A DNA stretch of 64,000 nucleotides from Octopus bimaculoides (lineage: Eukaryota). The notes beneath the pieces are model-generated. The model saw nothing but the letters and a program-made list of their open reading frames with translations. It ran no database searches and was not told where the DNA came from. Of the stretch, positions 49,851 through 62,035 are shown piece after piece. Location: positions 140,106,678 to 140,170,677 of the forward strand of contig NC_068981.1 in NCBI RefSeq assembly GCF_001194135.2, read 5' to 3'. A program made the position numbers and the translations under genes. Numbering within the stretch: position 1 is the first letter of the stretch; each line of letters begins with the position of its first letter.

Positions 49851-52800
49851 AGTTATACTCACGCAGGTACAGAGAACCATGTACATACATTCACATACAC
49901 ATAAACAGGTACATGCATATACACACATATATGTTCATTTGGTGTTTCGCATTGATTGAGTATTAGCTGTATTTACGATAGCAGGATCCACAAGGAACGT
50001 CTGAGCAAATTGTCGGTACTAGCATTAGAAAATAACTGTGTTGCTCTATTTTATGGGAGAAAATTTATATCTTCCTTCGATATATATATATCGGTTGCAG
50101 TAGAATACATTCATACATAGGAAATACATAGGTGCATATCGCAAGAGGAATATTCATGAGAAAAGAACCTCCTTATTCTTTGGTTAATAGTACGAGTCAC
50201 CTACCTTTCAAAGAACTTGAGAAGGCAAGATTCGCATACGAAACTGGCTTGCCATAGCAGAAACATACGTCGTACTCACAAATAAATATGGTGACATATT
50301 TTGTGTGTATATATGTGTGTAGAAAGTCAAAATGTAACACACGAGTTGATATGTATAAGGAAAATAGGACAAGTTAAAAAATGCTAAAATAATTTTATCA
50401 TGAAGAACATTTTAAAAGGTTTCAGTTTTTGCGACTTTTTCGAATTTGAGTAGACCGTGAAAAGCAATTAAACTGTGGAAAAATGAAATGAAATGTTTTT
50501 TTAATATTTTCATAGTTTTCAAATACGTGGGTCATTTTCTTTTTTTCTGTCTTTCACTATCTTTTACTTTTGTGAAGGCTCGGTAGGTAGGTAGTAGCAG
50601 AGCTTTTCTCTACCCATGGTGAGAGGAAAGAAAAGAGTTTATTATGTAGTACTTCGTAGTGAGGGAAAATGAACGCTAGCATTTCTAAAGTTGTATAAAT
50701 ATTTCTTCAGATCCGCTATTACCTATCTACCCAGCCTTCACAAAAGTAAANNNNNNNNNNNNNNNNNNNNNNNNNNNNNNNNNNNNNNNNNNNNNNNNNN
50801 NNNNNNNNNNNNNNNNNNNNNNNNNNNNNNNNNNNNNNNNNNNNNNNNNNNNNNNNNNNNNNNNNNNNNNNNNNNNNNNNNNNNNNNNNNNNNNNNNNNN
50901 NNNNNNNNNNNNNNNNNNNNNNNNNNNNNNNNNNNNNNNNNNNNNNNNNNNNNNNNNNNNNNNNNNNNNNNNNNNNNNNNNNNNNNNNNNNNNNNNNNNN
51001 NNNNNNNNNNNNNNNNNNNNNNNNNNNNNNNNNNNNNNNNNNNNNNNNNNNNNNNNNNNNNNNNNNNNNNNNNNNNNNNNNNNNNNNNNNNNNNNNNNNN
51101 NNNNNNNNNNNNNNNNNNNNNNNNNNNNNNNNNNNNNNNNNNNNNNNNNNNNNNNNNNNNNNNNNNNNNNNNNNNNNNNNNNNNNNNNNNNNNNNNNNNN
51201 NNNNNNNNNNNNNNNNNNNNNNNNNNNNNNNNNNNNNNNNNNNNNNNNNNNNNNNNNNNNNNNNNNNNNNNNNNNNNNNNNNNNNNNNNNNNNNNNNNNN
51301 NNNNNNNNNNNNNNNNNNNNNNNNNNNNNNNNNNNNNNNNNNNNNNNNNNNNNNNNNNNNNNNNNNNNNNNNNNNNNNNNNNNNNNNNNNNNNNNNNNNN
51401 NNNNNATATATATATATATATATACATTTATAAGTCAAAGTACTGAGGAAAAGCAAAGAACTAGGGAAGCGTTGACAAGGGAATTTGAATTAATATGATT
51501 TCATCTAATTTCATTATGTTAAAGTGAGTATAGTGGTCCAATTAAATCCACTTAGATAGAGGATCCTTTAGGGAAGTCGATGACAAGAATGGATGGTTTG
51601 GTAGTCCCCTATGGTGAGAGATAAGAAAAGAATTCTTATACAATACTTCGTAGTGAGGGAAAATGAATGCTAGCATTTCTAAAGTTCTACAAATATGAGA
51701 GGAAGAATAAATGATACATTCTGGTGTAAGAAAGCGAGATAGGTAAGATCTCTGTACTATATATAAAGTATTCAGTATAGTGAGGGGTATTCAGTTCAGA
51801 GAAATTTTAGAGAGGAATAAATAATACAATCTGGTGTGAGAAAGATAGGTAGATAAGGATAAATGTATTGTTGTAGATATACAGTAATGAGTATAGTGTG
51901 AGATATTTTTGTCTATGGCAATTAGTGGGAGTGAATGCAGAGTCTGGCAAAGAAATTGGATGGGCTGCAAATTTAAAGGACAGAAAAGGGAAAAAATAAA
52001 ACTATGCTAGTGCCAGACTTACAAGGCTGGGTATCAATGAGAGGAGAGCTGTTAGTAATAAAGTGGACGTAAAAAGATAATAGACATTGTCTGTAGTAGG
52101 TTGTCAGATTTTTCTAGAGAGGAGACATACGGTTGTCTAACCACTAAAAACACTAGAAATAGATGGCAACTGGTAAACAAAAGATTTATGATTTGCGGTA
52201 TAAAAACTAAAATTAAGACACAGTACTATAAAAAATATAAATAAACAAAGGACAAAAATAAAAGTAATTAAAAAGTGATTAACTTAACATTAAAAATAAA
52301 GTTAAAACTTAAAATTAAAATTACGATTAAATTAAAAAAGTAAACGTAAAAGGATAATAGATATCGTCTGTAGTGTGTGGTCAATTTTTTCTAGAGAGGA
52401 GACATACGGTTGTCTAAATTAGATGTTAATATTAATTTGAAGTGGAAAACTTTGAAGGACATCAAAAATTTGTGCACACAGGTGCAGAATGGGTCGTCCT
52501 ACATATTAAGTAACTGTGTAAGGTTATGTAACAATATGTGTAAGGATTCTTTCAGGCATTCCCAACAAGAAGTATGTTGGTCCTGGTGTGGCGGGCAGGA
52601 ATCAAGTAAAGATCGGGATATATTGTAATGAATTTTCTTTTTCTCACATGCATACATACATACATGCATGTATATATATACATACATATATATATATATA
52701 TATANNNNNNNNNNNNNNNNNNNNNNNNNNNNNNNNNNNNNNNNNNNNNNNNNNNNNNNNNNNNNNNNNNNNNNNNNNNNNNNNNNNNNNNNNNNNNNNN

Positions 52801-53257
52801 NNNNNNNNNNNNNNNNNNNNNNNNNNNNNNNNNNNNNNNNNNNNNNNNNNNNNNNNNNNNNNNNNNNNNNNNNNNNNNNNNNNNNNNNNNNNNNNNNNNN
52901 NNNNNNNNNNNNNNNNNNNNNNNNNNNNNNNNNNNNNNNNNNNNNNNNNNNNNNNNNNNNNNNNNNNNNNNNNNNNNNNNNNNNNNNNNNNNNNNNNNNN
53001 NNNNNNNNNNNNNNNNNNNNNNNNNNNNNNNNNNNNNNNNNNNNNNNTATGTAGTGTGAAAATGGGGGAAGGGAGAAAGGGAGAAAGTAGTTGGTCAGTT
53101 GTAGCGTGTGCGTGGTGTGATACGAGGGTATTGGTGTGGTGTGCGTGGTGTGATGCGAGGGTATTGTTGTGGTGTGATGTGAGGGTGTTGGGAGGTGGGG
53201 AAGGCATGGGTGGAGTGTGGGGTAGAGGTAGGGGTCTGTGGGTAGGGTATATATATG

Positions 53258-53290
<33 letters not shown>

Positions 53291-53775
53291 GCATATATAT
53301 GTGCGTGTGCATGTGTGTGCGTCGCGTTCAATTAAAATAATATACATATGCATGCATATATAGATATAGGACGTCACCAACGGTGCAAATAATATGAAAT
53401 ACGTAAACAAACGAGTTAAAAACCTAAACAACGAAGAAATGGAAAACGGGACAAGTAAACACAGAGAAATGAATCATGAAAGACAGTTGCTCCAATGAAT
53501 TCTAAAATAAAATTTAGGATTTATGGAGGGTCAAAGTTGGGAACAAAAATATGACAGTGGAGACATACAAGGAAATCGAACGACGACAAGCATGGCAGAT
53601 CGTTAGACCAGAACGAGATGAAAATAATGAACGTTGGGAGAAACCTTTTTTGGGGGTGAAAAAAGAAAAGATAGATGAGAGAGAATAAAACACGTGTGTT
53701 CTTTTGAACGTCCATGCAGGAGGAGAAAGATGGTCATATACGGAAAAGAGAGATGGACGGTGGTCACGTGTGAGC

Positions 53776-53827
<52 letters not shown>

Positions 53828-54215
53828 NNNNNNNNNNNNNNNNNNNNNNNNNNNNNNNNNNNNNNNNNNNNNNNNNNNNNNNNNNNNNNNNNNNNNNNNN
53901 NNNNNNNNNNNNNNNNNNNNNNNNNNNNNNNNNNNNNNNNNNNNNNNNNNNNNNNNNNNNNNNNNNNNNNNNNNNNNNNNNNNNNNNNNNNNNNNNNNNN
54001 NNNNNNNNNNNNNNNNNNNNNNNNNNNNNNNNNNNNNNNNNNNNNNNNNNNNNNNNNNNNNNNNNNNNNNNNNNNNNNNNNNNNNNNNNNNNNNNNNNNN
54101 NNNNNNNNNNNNNNNNNNNNNNNNNNNNNAACGGTGAAAGCAACATGAAATACGTACAGAACATAATCTCGGAGAAAGGACCACCTTCTCCTCTTCCACC
54201 TCCTCCTCTTCCTCG

Positions 54216-54310
54216 TTCTTCTTCTTCTTCTTCTTCTTCTTCTTCTTCTTCTTCTTCTTCTTCTTCTTCTTCTTCTTCTTCTTCTTCTTCTTCTTCTTCT
54301 TCTTCTTCTT
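54216..54310. repeat. (TTC)n microsatellite
   Basis: Direct reading. Confidence 0.97.
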
Positions 54311-55740
54311 TATCTTCGTCTTCTTTTCGTTATTATTTTATAACCAGGATTATTATATATCCGATAGCTAAATGTTTTGTTTATCCGAATTTACTGATTT
54401 TTGTATGAATGATATTTCTAGGAGAGGAAAACTCGTATTTAAATTCTGCTTTATTCAAATTACATTATATTTCAATTCAGAAAAATGCCTTGGTTTCCTC
54501 TTACGACAAAGCGGTTAAAGTGATAGATGAGTTAATCTTGTATAAGTAATTATTTAATAATATTACTATGGTATTAGAGAAGGATACATAATCTCAGTTG
54601 CAAACTGTAAATTTATCTTGGGAAATCTATAGTCGATAATTAAATCTAATGTATCAAATTTAGTACAAACACACAGACAGACAGATATACACACGCACGC
54701 ACACATGCAGATTCATATATGTATTAAACGTAAACGGATCAAAATATATAATACGGGAAAATGGTGTAATACAGCTCATCATGTGTCTACCTAGGTTCTG
54801 TCGCAGCTTCATTGACTTAGTTTCGTTGAAGTACCATTACGCCCAGTGACGTCAGGAATACTTATAATATAGAATAAAGGTAATGACAAGATAAAAAAAA
54901 AACAGTATAAATATATAGTAGAGTCTGAGTGACTAAAACTAGTTAAACAACACGATCTTTAAAACATGTGGTTAAAGCTTATCGACTAAGGAAAAAAAAA
55001 GAAATAAACTGATAGATCACAGGAGGAACAGTAAGAAGTTCTTGTTCCCCTCTCACCTGACTGAGAGTGGAAGAGGACTGAATAGAAAGGAAATGAAACG
55101 AATTACCAATACAATGTTTTTTCAATCGTATACCCAGTGTCATACAAATTTTCATCCTCATATAGTACCTGACGATACCTTACATAATATCTAATCTCCT
55201 AATAATCTCTTTGCTTTGATGGATCTTTATGATTACGATTGTTCCTGTAATTTTTCGATTTTTTTTTCTTGAATCCGCACCTGGACTCTGGTTGTTAGAG
55301 ATGAGTTTTGGACCACTAACCAAAATTTGAAATCCTGCATCTCGCCTAGGACGAAGAAAGAAAGAGGAGTGCTAGATAAAGGAAAGTAATCTGCATCAAT
55401 CCATCCTTCCACCTCAACATCCGATGCAGATTACCAAAATTTCTATTTGTTGCATTAGAAAAGTACTTGCCAATTCTGTAAGATATAGGAAGATTTTAAA
55501 ACCCGACTCCATTAAGTTTTCATACACACTACTTATAGCATATCCCATGTTATACGTAGGATTTATTAAACTACTAAAGGGTCCACCCATCGTTAAGGTT
55601 AGCAATGCCCGTATGAAATATTATAGCATATATAATAATCCGGAACACTCTTGTCGAATCGGTGAGGTAACTGAGCGACTGAATGTTAATACCAGGTCTA
55701 TATAGCATTCGATTCAAGAAATCTGGCGTGATTAATGTGT

Positions 55741-55857
55741 ACATAGTAATATACATGAGCATGGTAATATACATGTAATGTACATGCCCGTGGTAATATA
55801 CATGTAATGTACATGCGCATGGTAATATACATGTAATGTACATGCGCATAGTAGTAT
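55741..55857. repeat. 29-bp minisatellite, three full units plus partials
   Basis: RTGGTAATATACATGTAATGTACATGCSC at 55761, 55790 and 55819. Confidence 0.95.
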
Positions 55858-56271
55858 TCATGAGGACATCACAAGTACTAACTGTAGCATCCTTAATTCT
55901 ACCAACCGTATCAGGGATAAGACTAGGAATGATTTTGACAAAAGCAGTGAAGGCCCTGATCGAACCAACCTGAACTACACTCCGTAGAAACCCATAAATA
56001 GATTGTGTAATTGTAAATACCATACTTCCTGTTCCTTAGGTTACATATGTAAAATTCAGAATATTGCTTATCATGGTGTAGTTATTTGAAATTATACTAG
56101 GATGCATTTACAATAGAACTCGTGATTTCAAGAGAGTATTATATCTGAGAATCTATTAAATAACGAGCGGTTGTGGTTGCGAAGAATGGTTAACGACTCC
56201 CTTAAGCACAATTTACAAATGTCAAGGTTATGTCGTATAGGGAAGTTTCATATACGATAGACCACAAAACA

Positions 56272-56552
56272 ATATCTATGGACCTCGGTTTCTGGTTTAT
56301 TTCGCTTCCTCGCAACAGATTAACTGCTCGGCTAGAGATGGCGCTGCTAAACTCGTGTTCGAAAATATATACATTACTTACAAAGTGACAAACAGCCACT
56401 AATCTAATATATAGAAACATTATTATTTCTAAATCTCTCACTTTGGGAATTATATATATTCTCGAACAGGTGTTTAGCAGCGCCATCACTAGCCGAGCAG
56501 TTACTCTGTGCCGAGAAGGGGAAATAACCCAGCAACCGCTGTCCATAGATAT
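56272..56552. repeat. Fold-back element: 100-bp inverted arms, 81-bp spacer
   Basis: 56272-56371 vs reverse complement of 56453-56552: 86/100 identical without gaps; inner 51 bp have 4 mismatches. Confidence 0.92.
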
Positions 56553-58076
56553 CGCATTGTGCTGAGTGAGGATGCTAAACTTCTCTCTTCGAAAATATAG
56601 GACACAGATAGTGTGTCGTATAGTCACCTGCGCACTATGCTTCCTGGGGCTAAATAACAGTAACATTCGCCCCACCTAGGGCTGTCATATGATGTTGACA
56701 TTACTTCAGAGTACTGTTACTGAATGTCTCTCGTTGAGAGATTTAGAAATAATAATGTCTCTATTTATGTGTATGTATACATATATATATGCATGTATGT
56801 AAAAATATATATATATATATATANNNNNNNNNNNNNNNNNNNNNNNNNNNNNNNNNNNNNNNNNNNNNNNNNNNNNNNNNNNNNNNNNNNNNNNNNNNNN
56901 NNNNNNNNNNNNNNNNNNNNNNNNNNNNNNNNNNNNNNNNNNNNNNNNNNNNNNNNNNNNNNNNNNNNNNNNNNNNNNNNNNNNNNNNNNNNNNNNNNNN
57001 NNNNNNNNNNNNNNNNNNNNNNNNNNNNNNNNNNNNNNNNNNNNNNNNNNNNNNNNNNNNNNNNNNNNNNNNNNNNNNNNNNNNNNNNNNNNNNNNNNNN
57101 NNNNNNNNNNNNNNNNNNNNNNNNNNNNNNNNNNNNNNNNNNNNNNNNNNNNNNNNNNNNNNNNNNNNNNNNNNNNNNNNNNNNNNNNNNNNNNNNNNNN
57201 NNNNNNNNNNNNNNNNNNNNNNNNNNNNNNNNNNNNNNNNNNNNNNNNNNNNNNNNNNNNNNNNNNNNNNNNNNNNNNNNNNNNNNNNNNNNNNNNNNNN
57301 NNNNNNTTGATTTTTCTTGTTTTTCTTTTCCCCTATATTTTCCCTTCACTCTTTTCTTTTCCTTTATAAGACTTTAATAGTCACATTAGCTTTCCTAAGT
57401 ATTAAACATGCCATTCTTTTGTGCACCGGTTCCCTCGCATCGACGACGAAGCTTAATAATATCGGAATCTCCTATATCCAGATGATAACTTTGAGTATGT
57501 AGCGAGCGAAATGAAATGAAACCCTTATCTCTCTAATGTAATTGGCTTGCTTAGCACACCATCGTATATTTACCCCTTCCATTCTCCACTCCCTTTTCTT
57601 TATTCTTAAAATGTACACTTCTCACCTTGCTCATTTTTAAAATATATTTTGCATTATTTATTACAGCAGATAAATTTCAACCGAATGGCTTCACAATAAA
57701 GGACACCGTATAGTTAAGAAATATTCATACCTTACAACAGAAGATACCGGATAGTTGTGAAACTTTTATAATATTACGTAATAGACATCCAGTACCTCTT
57801 TGAAACAGCTGTAATACACGCCTACTTCTTCCCATCTTTTTTATTTACAGACTTGGTTATCGCATAATAAGCAGCATTTGTTGCATTCGAACTGGAATTG
57901 CAAAGCATACATCCTATAGGAACTTTCTGCTTCTTGTCGTTATGGGACATGCATAGATTAATAAAAATCATCCATCTATCCTCGAGTTATTTATATTTTA
58001 TATACAAGCCTTGTTTATACTAAAAACTGAGAAACTGCTCTTATATAGATCACTTGACTGATCCTACTACATAATT

Positions 58077-58123
<47 letters not shown>

Positions 58124-58524
58124 CCATACACACCTACACACGCATATGTATAAAGCTTAATTATACATCCCTGAAAATTTACGTCAACTGAATCGAGACA
58201 GAGCTTTTTCTTTGTATCAACAACAATAGTAACAATGATCCAAATTTTACAAGTACTCAGACTGGTTTCTTTTTTCGATTTGTGGATACCCGATCAAATA
58301 ATTACACAAACATGGCCCATATAAACATTTATATGCACAAAAATAGACACCTGCATATATGCAAACACACACATTCGTATATATTATAAATATATGTGTG
58401 TATGTATATTTATATTATATTTATGAATTTTTTATATATAANNNNNNNNNNNNNNNNNNNNNNNNNNNNNNNNNNNNNNNNNNNNNNNNNNNNNNNNNNN
58501 NNNNNNNNNNNNNNNNNNNNNNNN

Positions 58525-58562
<38 letters not shown>

Positions 58563-59278
58563 GATACATATGTATATATACATATACATATATTCTCATG
58601 CGTGTGTATAAATATATTTATATATGCGTGCGCTAATATACTTTATATGCAAATACATTTTAAACCATCAAATTCCCTTAAAAGACAACACTGAGAGAAA
58701 TAATTACAGTATTGATAAACTATATTTGGAATATTGGCAAGAAATGCGACATTTATTTCGTCATTATCTCCATTAACTTAGCGGTTGGAAATGGAAAAAG
58801 AAAAAAAGCAACATTGAAATTATTACGAGCAAGAATCTAGTATTTTCCTGTGTCATGGCTATTCTTATCTCTGTAATAATATACCCAATCTTACTTTTAT
58901 TTAGAACAGGCATTGTATCCGCACTGCTATTAAAATCATTGTGATTACAACATGGATTCTAAATCTGAATAGTAATTTAAGACATTTAGAAATGTTAAAT
59001 AAAGAGTAATCTTTGAATGTGAGATTCTTTGATAACTATTCTAATTTAGGCTATGAATAAGCAGTAATGCTGCCTTTTTATGGTCATTAATTTTAAATAC
59101 AGATAATAATTCGGTTAAGTATCGATGTTATGTGGAATAAGTAACTACTGCAATAGCGAACGTTGCAAAATTAAAACAGCGATCTCTTATAGTTACATTG
59201 ATTGTGTTTCGTTGCATACTTACCAAAAATTTAAATTCCTTTACCTCAAATTTCACTCTGAAAATACCGATCGATATC

Positions 59279-59310
<32 letters not shown>

Positions 59311-59391
59311 AAGAATAAATATATGTATGCATATACATACATGTATATATGTGTGTGTGTGTGTGTGTGTGTATACGTTATTTATATCGTC

Positions 59392-59601
59392 TTTAAGGCG
59401 GTTAATTGGCAGAATCGTTAGCATGCCGGGCAAAATTCGTAGCTGTATTTCGTCTACATTCTGAGTTCAATTTCCGCCGAGGTCAACTTTGCCTTTGATC
59501 ATTTCGGGATCGATTAAATAAATACCAGTTACGCTCTGGGGTCGATCTGATCGAGGTACCCCCTACCGCAAATTCCTGGTATTGTGGCTATAATACAAAG
59601 T
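59392..59601 (+). mobile_element. tRNA-derived SINE with 15-bp target-site duplication
   Basis: Homolog of 6401-6614, flanked by identical GTTATTTATATCGTC at 59377-59391 and 59602-59616. Confidence 0.9.
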
Positions 59602-59833
59602 GTTATTTATATCGTCATTTATGGCGGAAATCCAAATAGATAGAACAAGCTATAATTAATAGCTTGCAGAACATTGCTTTAAAACCGAAGGACCCGCATG
59701 GGGGAAAAGTATCGAAGAGTGCAGTTGAAGGCGGTCTTTGAGTAGACATCAATATTTTTCCATCCAAGTAGTTTTGTAACCTAATATTTTACCCTCTTTT
59801 AATTGTAGTTTCCAATTCTTTTGACGTAAACAG

Positions 59834-59879
<46 letters not shown>

Positions 59880-61997
59880 CGCACGTATGTATGTATGTAT
59901 GTATCTATCTTCCTTTTCATCTATCTATCCGTATACAATGTACACACACATACACACACACAAACATATATATACGAATACCTGTACGAATATATGTGTT
60001 TAATTATATATGTGTATATTATATATATATGTATATATNNNNNNNNNNATATATACATACATACACAGACATACATATGCATCTATATATCTCTCTCTCC
60101 CTCTGTCTGTCATCTATCCAGATATTTTTTGATCTGAAGAAATTAATTCTCTCTGTCTGCTGATATGAGCTTTAGTCAGTATTATGTCCAGATTGGGAAT
60201 GCCAGATAAAAGGATTATCTTTTAATTAATCAATATCCACCATGGAACTTAGATGTTCGACAACTATATCGTCTATAAGTACTCTTAGAAATGTAGAAAT
60301 GATTAGATATGATTAACATTTATTCAGCCTCATGGATAATGATTACTGTGTCGAATTACTTATGACTGGTCAAAGTTTAGCAGACAATCCGTTCGACTAT
60401 CTCTGGTTCAATCTGTCCGGATATAAACTGTTATATTGAAATGTACATATCTAAAAATTGCGGAGTTAAACATTTCATTAATGACTGCTGACTATATACA
60501 TGTATGTATTAAAGCAGTGCTCATCTTCGTTAGATCACATACACACAATTACCTTAAGCAATCTAAGTTCTTATTGTTCATGCAGTCGAAATTTACTTTT
60601 AAATATTTTTGTAACTGCTTCAAGTCATGTTTAGTACACAGAGGCTTAGTTAAGCAAGTAAGAGGCAATTCCTTTAAAATAATATTGAAATCTACATGCA
60701 CTGAAAATTAGCCAACAATGAAATAATTTCGTGAAAGCAGTTCCTTGAACTCATTCTGCAACTGCGAATCCTGTCGATTATTTTTAGTGTGTTTTATTTT
60801 TTAATATGCATGAATATCTCTAGTTACACAATACAGATATAGTTTGATATTCGAAAAAGATTAATTATAGTTTTGAGATTGTAAAGTTTACTTGGTAACT
60901 CAGGATATGATATTATCATAAATCAAATTGTGTACTTAGGTCAGACTTCATGACACAGTCTGTGGATTTTATACGTGTGATAATGAAATATAGTGCCAGT
61001 TCCTTACAGTTCCTACGATACAATAGTGTTCAAACACATTATTTTTGAAACTTCCCTCATCAATAGTTTTCGATATGCATCTATATCGTTTGGATTTATA
61101 TCACATTCTGTTTTAATAGATTATTTAATGTTTGCTATGGTATGCATATTGAAACAATTCATGGCACAAACACTGTTAATTAGCCCCTACATAAATTATT
61201 CTTACCACCGTTAAACCACTATAATTGAACATCAAATATAACTATATGATTCAAATAAGTATGGAATATGTTATACATAAGATACAGTATATAAGGAAAT
61301 GTAAAGTATGTTCAGTATGTCAGCTGAACCGAACAAATACGCATGTAATGACTTCAATGAAAACAATATATGTCATCGACAGAAAATACCGGTTATCTTA
61401 AACTATGAAGCTCAAAAGATTTGAGATATAAACGTCCACTATATGCGTTTAGAATCAACTTCATTACCTTCATGGGTGTTAACTGATTTATTTTACATTT
61501 TTTACATTAGTACATTGTGTTAGACAGAATTAATAATAAAAGTAGCGTTTTCAAATACATTTCTTTAGTGAAGATGACTTTCGATCAAAGGGATGATTAA
61601 AAGACCAAAAATGCACAATGAACGGGCAGTTATGCGTGGAAATTTATTTAAATAACATATGTTCTTAACATACTATCTTTCACTGGGTATATTTAGAAAG
61701 TAATTGAACAATGTTTACTGAGATGAAAGATAAACTAAAAACGTTAAAGAAGAAATAAAATATACTTGAATATATAAACCTGAGAGGCGGATCGCTTGAT
61801 GAAATGATAAGAGATAAAAACACATCTTAGATACGGCATGATCTCTGAGACATAAAGAGAGGTTGAAAATTATAGAAAGAAAACGGGCGTTTTTAGCACT
61901 TGGATATTTTTATCTTTTTTATTCCCGCCTATATTTTGTTGCTAGGCGCTAAAATTGGCACATACAAGTACACACATAATATACAAATAGACACACG

Positions 61998-62035
<38 letters not shown>

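Noticed and set aside
50205-50247. Candidate minus-strand exon ending AAG|GTAGGT (could read FVCESCLLKFFE)
   Set aside because: Poor polypyrimidine tract, ambiguous acceptor and frame, unrecognised peptide.
56202-56675. 157-aa minus-strand ORF as a gene
   Set aside because: It runs across the fold-back repeat and has no recognisable domain.
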